A stretch of 64,000 nt of DNA from Klebsormidium nitens (lineage: Eukaryota > Plantae > Klebsormidiophyceae): positions 1-64,000 of the forward strand of contig DF237464.1 in assembly GCA_000708835.1 (NCBI GenBank), given 5' to 3'. Shown here piece by piece: positions 48,495-60,560 of the stretch. A model generated the notes under the pieces. The model was not told the origin of the DNA. It worked only from the letters and a program-made list of their open reading frames with translations, and searched no databases. Numbering within the stretch: the first letter of the stretch is position 1; the number at the start of each line of letters is the position of its first letter. Made by a program: the position numbers and the translations under genes.

Positions 48495-50441
48495 ACCATT
48501 CCAGATTGAGACGGGGCGTTATAGTAGCGCGTCTGTTTCATGCTGCCTCAGTTTTGACCAGCTCCTTGGTGTGACCAAAGTAGCCACTTCAGTGTTGCGT
48601 CGGATTCAAAAAGAAACCATCAGCTAGCAAGTTTCAGCATGATTGCAGATCCTTATCGGCCGGCAGTGTGATCGAACCGCACAAATGTAATCCATTGACG
48701 TTGTCGATTTCTTGCAGTGGATCGAGATCAGACACCGAGCATATACCATGGCTACTGTCATGCAGATACATATATAAGGAAAAACATTCCAACATTGCCT
48801 GGCGGCTAGGGCCTGCACGTTGCAAACCGATTTGCATTGTTTATGCGCCGGCGGGCCCGCAGGGCCGCCTCTGTGCAGATTCAATATTCATGGCACACAG
48901 GCAATTAATCACTGCAGTTTGTGCATGCATTACATCCGAATCTTGTACATCATATGGATCTGCAGATGGTCATGCAGCTAGCTAGGCGGCCACGCACGCG
49001 GCATGTGTGCATGCGCATATTGGCTTGCCTCTTTTACGCAGTAAAATATGCGAACTATTGCTTTCGTGTCAACCGCGTTTTTGCGACGCTGTACGACGCC
49101 GCTGTGCGGAAGATAAGGAAGCCGGGTCTGCCGCGGCTTCCGGTTGGCCAGAGTTCGATACGAAAACGTACGAAGAATCCCCCAAACGTCCCATACCTCA
49201 AAAGCCACCAAGCCCAGGCTGCCCCGCGCGCCTTCGCGGATTAATGCTACGAATCGAATGCGGACGCGAGTTTGCCGACGCGCAAAAACGTAACATTGTA
49301 ACGCTTGACCTCGATTTCTCCGAACAGCTTGACTACAGGATTGCCACGTAGCATGCCGAGGGCTGTGAGGCTGCCACGTTGCGATTTGTACCTCTGCCGA
49401 ATGTGTCCCGGTCACGAAGCGTAATTAATAAATATCAAAACCCCCTTATCTGCGATGGACTCGTCCAGTATTGCCCACTCAGAATTGCAAGGCTGCATCA
49501 AAGTGCCCGGAAGGAAGAGCATCCGATAATCTGGTACGTACTGCACAGCGAGCAACGGTTTGAACCACACGACGGTGTACGGAATTCTATGTACCGAGTG
49601 TGAGCGCGCTCGCGCACCATCAACACGCACTTCTGAGAGTCAATGCCATAAGACGCACTTTTACATTTCTGCCCCGTTGCCCCATGCAAAAGAGGCAAGC
49701 CCCCGCCGCCCTCTTGGGCGGTCTACCATGTTTAGTCACATGTCGGATCGGAAGCATCGACTTTGACACAGTATACTGCATTATATGCATACATACCAAG
49801 TCGATCGAGGGGCATGCAGGATAACCGATTAGAGCGCGCTGTAAATTGCCGCCACAGCGGATTGCCGCATGGGACCATGCCCGCTGTTATAGACCCTCAA
49901 TGAACCATGCACGCTGCAAGCCGTTGTGGGCAACGCGTTCGTTATAAGCCACGTACATGCATTGAAGTTGAGGAGTCACTCAAATGTATGTATCCGGCGG
50001 GCCAATAATAGGGCGGAAAACTATGCAAAATTGTATATACCATGCATAACCGTCCAATATCTTGTAAATCCTGCTGGTGCGGAAGGTATAGTTCATATGC
50101 TAGATCAAGCTGGAGCTGTGTCTAGATATACAGCTGGACCAGATCCACAGTGCACTGCATGCAATGCATTGACCGCCAAAGTTGAAAGATGCCAAGCCTG
50201 AACTCGAAGTATCAGCTGGTCAACTGAAGCGGGAGTGGCCAATGATTCACGTGATCAAGGGCAAGACCCAGGAGTAGAAATGCTTGTCTAGCATAAACAA
50301 TTAGCCACGATCATCAGTCATCACGCCACCCGCCGTAGCCGTTTGCATAGCTTACAAAACATACTATACATCCCATCCGTGTGCATGATTTGCTAAGTTG
50401 CAGTGTGTTAGTGTGCTGCTTGTTTTCTGTAGTAATAAACA

Positions 50442-50695
50442 TTGGACATGACTTGCAGCCGTAGCAAGCTGCAGAGTCAATTCATTGTACCCCGGTCTCA
50501 CCGGAGCATTGCCCGATGGCTCAACGTGGCCCAGGGTTTATAAGAACATGTGACCATCAAGTGTTGCAGCGCACTGGAGTCTACTATGCGATTGTTGGGA
50601 CCTTGGACATGACTTGCGGCCGTAGCAAGCTGCAGAGTCAACTCATTGTACCGTCCCGGTCTCACCGGCAGACTTGCCCGATGGCTCAATGTGGC
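50442..50695. repeat. Intergenic direct repeat: two ~90-bp diverged copies, period 161 bp
   Basis: TTGGACATGACTTGCRGCCGTAGCAAGCTGCAGAGTCAAYTCATTGTACC...CCGGTCTCACCGG...TTGCCCGATGGCTCAAYGTGGC occurs at 50442-50530 and 50603-50695. Confidence 0.9.
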
Positions 50696-51260
50696 TAAGG
50701 GCGTTAATAAATCGTAAGTTACCATTGTTTGTCTCGAACACAAAGCTGGGAATTGCTTTATATGAGTGATTAGGCTGATAATCTCTGCCTTACATGCAAA
50801 ACTGCTGCAGATTATATGTGGCGCGCCCTAGGACCAAGCAACTTCCCATCGTTATAACAGATCGGTTGGCAGGCCGCGGCCGGACATATGAGTTGGCTCA
50901 TCATACTCGGTGGCCCAGTTGTCAGGTGCCGTTCTTGATCACTGTTTGGGCCTGGCTGGCACGTAGAGGATCCACAAAGCCTGGCTTGTGAGGAGCTTTT
51001 CAAAGGATCGAAAACCTCTCCACAAATCATCAGGTTGTTGCAGCTCAACTTTTTCTTTTACCTCCAAGACAACAAAGGTAGAAAGTTGCGGGACCGTCCA
51101 TAGCTTGTAAGTGCGTGCTCAATCAATTCAATTAACATACATATCACGGACAAAAACGCCAGCCATCAGCTTTAGCTTATTCTAGCAATTCTACAAGAGG
51201 CAAGACGGGGTGATGCGTTCCTTGCTAGCTCGTGAAATGATGATCTGTAAGCTATGCATA

Positions 51261-54200
51261 TCATTGCTCTTTGCGCTCCTTAGACGACTCTTTGTACCGA
51301 CCGTAGTCTCGCCACGCCCAAGACGACACAAAGATCACATAGACCACGGCCGCGGTGCTCCAGCCTGCCTTTATGTAGAAGGGCATCGGTTTGTGGAACA
51401 TGCCTGCACGCACGACCCACGTGACATTATTGAACGCATCGACGTCTTTGGGTGCGAAAGCCCGTGGAAACAAGGTAGTGACTAGGGCTCTGATTGCGGA
51501 GTCCTTCGCTTTGCATCTGCCAAAGAGCCTGGCCGCCCGCTCTGAAGAGAGATGCAACGGCCGCTTAGACAATCGCAAAGCAGGTCCTCAAAACAACGTG
51601 GCGCAAAGTGGCCTAAGCGGACGGGTCCTTTGCTTACCTTGGCCAAACTTGAAGCAGATGAGGGTCTCCAGGAGGACATTGGCGAGGGCCAGCCAGCAGA
51701 AAGGACCGACCTTGCTCACATCCCCCCTGCACAGCGCCGACAGTCAGTGAGGATCTAGAGTCTACGACGGGCCCATAGTACATTTCACAAGGCTCTAACA
51801 CACGCGCCCTCAAGTCCCTGTGGAGCGATCATGAGTGCAGGTCGCCTGAACTTTGACGAAAAGCACGATGTAATTGGCGGGCTTGCCTTGCTTGCACGAA
51901 CACGTTGAACTCGCGCACGGCTGGGTTGGCAATCAGCCACCAGAGCAGCAGGCGGTACGTGTTGAGGGGGTTGCGGGGCGGGACCCAGAGCTCGTACTTG
52001 AGGAAGAAGGCGTTCACCTCCACCGTTAAGAAGTGCAGAGCAGTCAAGGAACAAGCGGAAAATAGCGCAGGCAAGGAAGGGGCGAGGCAATACGCCTGAG
52101 AGCCACGTCAAAAGCATGTCGCGAGCAGCAAGCCAACTGCTTGAAAGAAAGCAGCGGAGGAAACAATCAACACTGATCAAACTCCATGGCGTGCAATCAG
52201 CAGTCACTTGACGCACGAGACGCCAACTGCAATTCTCTGAGTCGATTCAAAGTCAAAGCTGCGACGACAGTCGGATGAAGGCACCAGGACTCGATTCTTC
52301 GACAATGCAGAGAGATGACACTGAGGGCAAGCTTGTGAGGATATGACAAGGACGAGAAGCGTCGACAGCACGAATTGCTTGGGGCCCGAGAGGGGGTCAA
52401 TGGTGTCTTTGTCCCAGGATGCAGGGGTGAACTGGCTGAGGGAGCGCTTGACCTGAAGGTCAGACAGACAGACCTGATCAGCAAAGTGCACAGAACGGAA
52501 CAAGCTCAAGGCCGAATCGGATGCGGGTATGTGTGGCCAATCACGGCCGTAGTCCCTGGCAATGATCTGGGCCTAGGCATGGGAGAGTGACGCCCTGCCG
52601 AAATTGCAACGGCTGCTTACCTTGCCCGTCAGTGTCGGCTGCTTGCTGATGCCCACCCACGTGTACGTCTTGCCCTCGAAATATTTGACAGTCTTCATCC
52701 CCGCCCAAATGCCTGGACACAACCAATGCACTGCGTGTGAGCAGAGGACGATCGAAAGGGCGTCCAGAGGCACTCGAGACATCCACCCCAGAACCGACCT
52801 TTTCCGCAAGCTGCACCGTGAAGAAGGTAAGCACCAACCTTCCATGTCAAGATCGAGCTTTACGAATAATTGTCGAACATTCAGTGTTTTGGAACTCTCT
52901 GTCAACGCCCGCTTTTCGCCGCCTGCCTCACCGAGCCAATTGCAGACCAGGATGTCCAGAATGAGCGCATCCCACCAGCACTCGTTGAAGTTGGGCAACA
53001 TGTGGTTGAATGTCACCTGCACGACACATTAGGAGGGTACAACTTCAAGTGCACAATGACAAAGGAGCGTTACACGATCCCCTGCCTCAGGAACTTTGGC
53101 GTGGAGTAGAAGCATGTCATTTGGGTAAGACGAGGAGTGAGGTTGAGGCAGGCAGAACAACCCCGACTGAGAACATCGTGTAATATGCAAGTTTTCCCTG
53201 CTTATCCCTCACCTCCATGAGCTCGAATCCAATGGACAACGTCCAGATGAGGCCCATGCTGCGAAGGGTGATAGCCTTGCAGTACCAACCGAGAACATGG
53301 GCAATCACAAACTCGTCGAACAAGGTATCCTGCACCAAGAAGATGCAAGAGATTTTGGAACACATGTTGTCATCGTGGAGAGGCACAGGACTATCATTTT
53401 CTAACCACTTTATTGCCCAAGGCCTTTGGCAGGCCTATACTCTCAAAACGGAAGCACTTTGACTGCCAACAAAGCGAAGGAAGAGCTCTTTGTTTGCAAC
53501 AAGACCACGCAGCTCCCAACTTTTGCAGAGCTGAGAGACTCCCTGAATAAGGTCGTTGGCGCTTCTTACATACACGTTCTTGAATTTGTTGGCATGCTCA
53601 GGTGTATAGATTCGGCAATCTGCTCCATATGCTCTTTCATGCAGATCTGCAGACAAATATAAGAAGACTTGCCTTCGAAGTCCATAAAACAACCATGTAT
53701 GCCTGTCCTTTTGCGACTATATATCAGCTAAAAGTAACTCAAGTCTCATGGCATTTAGGTAGAGTGCCCAAGCAAGCAGGACTTGCCATCGAAACGAAAT
53801 GAAGCCAGGAGCATCTTGTCACAAGTTCTAATCTCCAAGAGGCTCACCGACGCCAAGCTCCGGATACAAGTACTTGAGGAATTGTCGGGCATCCTCGGCG
53901 GTCTGATACAGAACAAAAGTTATAAGTATGGCTTTGTTCCTACTGGAAAAGCTCCAAACAGCGACAAGCTAGCCATCACCTCCTTTTTAAATGGAATCTA
54001 GACCACAAATACTGAAGACATGTTTCAATCTATAAATGATACAAGCGCCACGTTCGACCCACTGTCTTTGTAACTTGTGCAAGAAGTTGTGGCTACTAAC
54101 CTGAAACAGCGTGAATGTAAGCACAACCAGGTAGACAATTGCCGCTCCATGGACGAGGCGCCAGAGAGCAGGGTGAGGGCGGATCAGCAGCCTGAAACAC

Positions 54201-55263
54201 AGCGCCACTCCCAGTGTGAGGGCTGTTGCTTCCCAGTAGAATGACAGAAAATCTGCCACTTGAATGCACCTCCAAACTGCAGGATGCACTGAACGAGGAC
54301 ACTGTGCCCTTCAGTTGTGGATTGTCCACTAGTGAGTGATAAAAGCAATGTAGTAACAAGTAACAACGGCTGTACTCACGTGTCTGGAGCGCGCAGTAGT
54401 GAGTAGCCAAGGTAGACAGCAACCATGCCACATATGCCCCTGCACAGAGAACAGCTTAAACTTAGCTAATGCAGTCATTTTGAATTTCCGCACCCTTGTG
54501 TCATGATCAACTTAGAGAATCTGCAGAGATCAGTGAGCAATCAGATGGTAAGTGTTATGACTCAAGTTCTGCGGCAGACAAGCTTGCCCAATCAAGAATG
54601 ACTGTATGTACCACTACAGCTTGATGTAGTGGCAGGGGAAAGTGCCCGGAGGAAAGATGTACGCACCTCTTTACGTTGGAGACAGGATCCAAGTTTTGCT
54701 CAGCCGTATTCAGTGTTCCGCTTGCATACCTGAAGGGATCATACAGCTTCTGATGTTGCCATCGTCAAAACAATAGTAGCAATTGTTCTCCGCACTAGCG
54801 AGGATCTCATGCTCTTGTGGCCACAAAACTGAGCGCTGGCATACATGCGGCAAGGTGCCAGATTGTGCGCCAATCAGAGGCTGCTACAGTGATTCGTCAA
54901 GTAAGCATACTTTCCAGTGTGCTCCATTGCTTGTATCTTTCATTTGACTGAAGTGTGTTTGCAACGGAACAGCTGATTATTCCACAACTGCTTCGATAAC
55001 CAACTCCAGAGCTCACGACTTCGAATTACGCCAGAGGAACTTGCTCAATATCTTGGTTTATGCTGCATGCGGCATTGGCCAATCCAGCCAAAAAAACCAG
55101 ATCAGGACCGACCACATGGTGGTGAGACTTACACCAGTGCAAACACTCCGGCGAAGAGCGCTGTGATTGTGTGGGGTTTGTAGGCCCATGCGACCCATGG
55201 ATCAATGTCGTCAATACCTGAAGGATGGCTGGCAAGTTTCCGCTCGCTCTCCTTTGAATCCAT
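51261..55263 (-). CDS. PSS1: Phosphatidylserine synthase (base-exchange type, PTDSS/PSS1); 13 exons, about 418 aa
   Basis: Exons 55133-55263, 54667-54729, 54380-54439, 54101-54191, 53848-53902, 53570-53646, 53213-53329, 52932-53016, 52621-52712, 52345-52452, 51887-52032, 51638-51726 and 51261-51403 total 1257 nt in frame. Motifs: [79 protein letters not shown]. Confidence 0.96.
51727..51886 (-). other. GC-AG intron in PSS
   Basis: The donor is CAAG|GCAAGC and the acceptor is TGTGCAG|G. Splicing gives [16 protein letters not shown], collinear with the plant PSS1 pattern YLQDRKPVKKVGAFCW (recalled). Confidence 0.85.
52033..52344 (-). other. U12-type (minor spliceosome) AT-AC intron in PSS, 312 nt, phase 0
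   Basis: The 5' splice site is GTC|ATATCCTC (52344 onward). The branch site is TTCCTTGAC at 52043-52051, with the branch A 11 nt from the end. The 3' splice site is GCAC|TTC. Splicing gives [11 protein letters not shown]|[13 protein letters not shown] and keeps the CDS length divisible by 3. Confidence 0.92.
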
Positions 55264-56688
55264 TTTCTCTGACGCCCTGACGCCCTGACTTTGCAATGCC
55301 AAGGAAGCGGCGCTAGCTAATGTCAATTGCAGCGATTGGATATCAGCCAGCAGATTCAGCTGACGAAGAGAGTGCATGGAACCCGTCTGAACCGTCAGGG
55401 GCAGAGAGGGCCCGCCGCCAATCCGCCCACCACCAATGCCAACGGCATCATGCCAATGCCAACAATGGTGAGCACTGCCGATCAACAGTGCAGGCACACA
55501 CCCATGCCAATGCCAATAGAAAGGTACCTGCAGGCTGCCCAGTGCGCAACAACCAAGTGGCGCACCCAGTTCACACCACTTGACTTCAATTGCTGTCACA
55601 GTCAGTGTTACATTCCAACCTTCCTCACCCGGCTTGCTCCTGGTTAGTTCCAAAGGCCAAATTTAGGGCCCTTAACCATAGCTAACCAGGACCATGCTCC
55701 GTTGATTTGGCAATATATCGGTACCTATTGGACGAATTCAACTTCAAATCAATACCGTACGAGCCCCAGAACCGAATCGGGTCCAGAAGTGGATTGGGCT
55801 GAGCTAGAAGTGGATCGGTTAATATTTGTTATCTTGTTCCAGTCTACGGCGATCGCCGATCCGTCAAATTTTCTTGCTCTTTTTGACCAAAATCGAAGGT
55901 TTTCAGGGCTGCAAGGACCTCCTCGGGGCCAAATGATAATCCGACTGCTGCTCTCGATGGGGTTCAGTAAGACAGGATATGTGCAGAAAACCGCGTCTCA
56001 AATGGTCCATATTCGGTCCCAGCATTGCAAATAAGCGCTTGAAAAATAAGGTGAGCCGGTATAGGGTCTCGTACGGTAATACCAATTTCGATGTGAAAGC
56101 TTTTTGCCGCATCAATTCTGGACCAAGTTGAACCGTCGATTGAACAGCAGACCGCTCGATGGCCAGCAATGCAAGGTCAGGCGCCGGAACTAGGAGTTCA
56201 AAGTATCCCAGTTCAAAGTCACCTGCGGGTCTACGAGGCGGGTGTCGAATTTCGCCATCGATGAACATCGGACGGCTTCTGTATTCCAGATCAGGTTTGA
56301 CGAGCACATCGGACGGTCATAAACTTCAGAAGACGGTTTGACCGGAGAAACTGCACTTAGCTCGCCTGCATAGGCCTGGGCCCTGCACTCAGCACGGCCC
56401 GGGAGTGCACCGTCGCTAGGAAGGCTCTACCGGTAGCCTCTGCCCCCCAAGACCGTCACTCGAAGTCGAACCCTCGAGATTTCTGTCAAGAAAGTTGAAC
56501 TTGTAACTTTGGAAGTTGGAAGGAGTCCATCTCGATCGCGCCGTGGCAGACAGGCTGAGACAGGCCCAATTTCCAGGGCGCACTGCTTCAATTTCAACTT
56601 TCAATCAAGATCCACAAAAAAAGCCTTTTGGTGGCAAGGCAGGGAGTGATTGGATCTTGGCAACCCTTTGATCAGCAATTGCGCAAAC

Positions 56689-58927
56689 ATGCCTCCTCCT
56701 CAGCAGACCTCGTTGATATACAGTTTTGTGGCGAGGTCCAAGACGGTCTTGGCAGAATATACGGCCTTCTCTGGAAACTTCAGCACGGTTGCTGTACAGT
56801 GCTTAGAGAAATTGCCTCCCAACAATAACAAGTTCACATACACATGTGATGGACACACATTCAACTACCTGGTTGAAGATGGATTCAGTGAGTTTCCGGA
56901 ATCTTCGAGCCCCATTGTGATGTTCACAGATTTCTAAGCGGCCCATCATTGGATAAATGGCGAGTTTACTTGTCATGCTCGTCTAGCATATAGATCTCTA
57001 CACCAAATGAAGTTGCCAATGGATTCTATAGTGTGGTTCCCCTCCCCCCAAATCATCTTTCTGGCAAGTCCCTCTCCTGACCGCGCTTACTTCGTTGGAT
57101 TCTATCTGTGCAGCGTACTTGGTCGTCGCAACAGAAGAGTTTGGCAGGCAAATACCGTTTGCTTTCTTGGAGCGTGTACGAGATGATTTTAAGCGGAGAT
57201 ATGGGGGCGGCAAGGCAGACACAGCGATTGCCCATGCACTGGACAAGGATTTTGGGTATGTGTCTGGGTGTTGTATGCATCTATTGGGATTTGCATAGAA
57301 ACAGTTGTCTCGTCGAAGCTTGGACTTGTCATACCTGTGCTTCTATTGAGAGTTGCTTTTCAAAACAGAAGTCCTGCCCACGGCAGAGACCTACAACAAT
57401 TCTGGAGCAGTCCCTGGGCAGCCTCACATGGGAAGGGGCTCGAACACATGCCAATTGTGATCATTTGCAACTGCCAAGTGATTGTTCTTTGCGCTAGGTG
57501 CAGTCAACACAAGTTTCTCTTAGAAGTTGTTCGGTGGTTGTCTTGCACACCTGATTCATGGTTGCACACAAACCGACTGGAGTAGAAGTAAAATTAGGGT
57601 TTGCAGCCGTTTTGCAGTTGATGCTTGCAAGATTGGCTTCCCGTCCTTCAAAGACGTGGCCCACCTATGCAGCATCATAGGTTCGAGCACAGTATCTCAA
57701 CGCGTCATAAGCATCTTGATGTCTGCTCATTCGGAAAATTCGTTGGCAAGGGTTGCAAGGTCAAGGGGCAGCGGGGACTTGAGGGGGTACCTAGGTGCTA
57801 ATATGCTGGACACCCGCACGTTTTTGCAGGCCTAAGCTGCGCGATCACATGAATTACTGTGTCGAGCATCCAGACGAGGTCAGCAAGGTCTCAAAAGTGA
57901 AAGCTCAGGTGTCCGAGGTGAAGAACATCATGATGGACAACATCGAGAAGGTGAGCAATGCTTTCCTGATCCACGCATACTTTTCAGGGCACTGTACTGA
58001 AGGCTATTCATTCTAGAACACGCATTGTTGATCGATCTGCAGCTCCGCAAGTGGCCTTTATGTTGATTTGATCATGCTTCTGCATCGCATGTTGCAACAT
58101 GATTGGCCGGATGCTGCAAACCTTTATTGAATGGTACCAGCTCAGGGCTCATCTAAACGGTGTTGCTGTCTGCTTAGTGCTGATTACGGGTCTTCAGTAA
58201 GCACACTTTCAAGATTGAGGGCGTCGTCGATGCAAGGATGTTGTTTGTAACAGCCCCAAGAGGAAGACCTAATTCAGCAAGTTGTACTGAACTTTGTCAG
58301 GAGTATCCCGTCAGCATGGAGATACATACATGCTCAATGCTAAATCCAATTGGGCTGTTCCAGGTTTTGGATCGTGGTGAGAAGATTGAGCTTCTGGTGG
58401 ACAAAACCGAAAACCTCCGGTTCCAGGTTAGTTGCATTGCTTTACTATGTTAATATTCTGCGTTCGCGTTGGGTAGCCCTTACTGTAGAAGACGATGTAA
58501 GGCCAACAACCACGATGTGTCAGGTGCATGCCTTGTGTCTATCGTCCTTTCTTGGGCTGCAGCTGCTCGGTGTTGGCGCTTCTTGCGACAGCTGGTTTGA
58601 TTGTTGCGCGCGGAAGGCAATTGCCGCGCTTTCCGCTTTATTATTTTTGATTGGCCTTGATTTGTACTCGTCGATTCGTTATGAAGGGCGGGAGTTTGTT
58701 AGCAGCCTCTTGTCTACTTTTGCTCTGGGTCGCGGTAAAATGCTTTGAAGCGCTGACTTCGTGTTTTGTTGGCTTTGCAGGCTGACAACTTCCAAAAGCA
58801 GGGTCGTTCCTTGAGAAGGAAGATGTGGATGCAAAACATGAAAATGAAGCTCATTGTGGCAGGCATCATCATTGCCATCATCCTTATCATCTGGTTGGCA
58901 ATCTGCAGGGGTTTTACTTGCAAGTAA
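56689..58927 (+). CDS. VAMP72: Longin R-SNARE of the plant VAMP72 group; 5 exons, about 223 aa
   Basis: Exons 56689-56887, 57114-57255, 57830-57950, 58364-58426 and 58781-58927 total 672 nt. Longin domain: [17 protein letters not shown]...[26 protein letters not shown]: [34 protein letters not shown]. The C-terminal TM segment ends in CRGFTCK*. Confidence 0.95.
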
Positions 58928-60560
58928 GAGAATATCACATAGAGAGCTTCAACTCGGAGGGCCAACAGTTGTATAACAGTAGTCAAAAGAATTATCGGGG
59001 GTTCTGATCTTGTGTACGTTTTTCGTTTGTAACTTTCATCGTGCATGATTTGCAAAACAGATTGGTTTGTTTTGGATGCCAATTCGTCGTAACCCAAGTT
59101 TTTGTCTGGGGGAATGCGTGTGATTGGAGGAAGGGTCGCAAGTGCATATGCAGTTGGTCGGTATACCAGGACTGCCGCCTTGTGGCCAGATGTGCAAGTT
59201 TAGTTAGGCCAGTTATCTGCCGCAGGCATTTGGTATGTATCCAATGTATATTCGCATCATTACGTGGTGTGGTACTTGCTTGCACGATCTGGGCGGTACG
59301 AACTTGGCTAAGTTGTAATGAAAATTGCTAATGTTTGCCTCCCATGCAAATATGAGAGCCATGAGTACCAGCCTTTTTTACTACTTAGCGACTGCATATG
59401 ATATGATACAGCTAGTGACTAGAGTTCGTCCGCATCGACCTTATCCAAAGTATCCGACTTGTCAACGTATTCAGCTTTTGCCTCAGCTGAAGTTTTTAGT
59501 TTCCGGCATGGGGATCACTCGGGTTGAAGACTTGCCAATGACTATTCGTGATCAATGCTTGTGGCAATTTTTGCAACGCATTGTTGCGGCTCAATAGCCG
59601 AGTTCCTGAATGACGATAGATCTGCTCCCAAGCCTAGAACATTGAACTACCTACCAAGAGTGCTCCGAGACCTCAGGCTTTTTGGATGGCACGGCCTAGG
59701 TCTCAACAAGAGGAGACTCTGCGAACAAGACTGGACAGATCAGATTGGTCATCGTCTCCTTCAATCGGAAACTACTTGCTAAATGCATAGGACACAGACT
59801 GGCGCTGGTGTATGGGCAAGAACCTGGCACAGGAAAGCCCGCCCGCAGTGACGACAGAGGGAGTTTCTCGGCCTCAAATGATCAAAACGATCCACGGCGC
59901 TCTCGCAGGTGGCAACCAGAATCAAAATCACGAACTACTACGTGCATGCTGCAAAAAAACTTGGTTCGTGTGACCCCAGGAAGGATAGACATAAGCGGTG
60001 AGCGAACATGACAATCGGCACTCGACGACGAGATTCGAGCTAGCGCCGTTCCATGCTTCGCAAAGAGACGCCTGGCCTTATCCAGATGGTGCACGTGGGA
60101 GGCTCGGGCGTCCGACTCTGAGAAGAAGGCAAAAGCACAAAACAAGGAGGCTTCGGTGGACCTCACTGATCAGCAGATTGGAGTTCCAGTGTTGGGGAAG
60201 TGGTCGCCACCGGCAGCCTTGCTTCCGAGGCCGCTCGAAGCGAGCGTGGGTTCACCTGACGCACTTGCAGCAGCCCTGCAGGAAGCAGATCCAAATACGC
60301 GTGTCAGTGCCGATGCAAGCCGCAAAGTGGCTGCGCCGGCTGACAATCAACCCGATGGCAAGAAGAAGTGGCTGTTGCAAGCAGAGCACGGATCAGATTT
60401 CGTCGCTACAGATTCAACTTTGCGGGTTCTTTGCAAAAAGCCTTGAACAGGCACAACAAGCGGCACACATCAGTTGATGTAAGAAAAGTGCAGTGACTGC
60501 AGATTGTCGCGCCACTGAAGGGAGGCGTAGATGAAGGACAATCCTCCCGCTGCAACTTAC

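Noticed and set aside
55903-56307. 134-aa minus-strand ORF between PSS and VAMP72
   Set aside because: It has a non-ATG start, no recognisable motif, no splice context and no TIRs around it. It lies in a divergent promoter and is probably chance.
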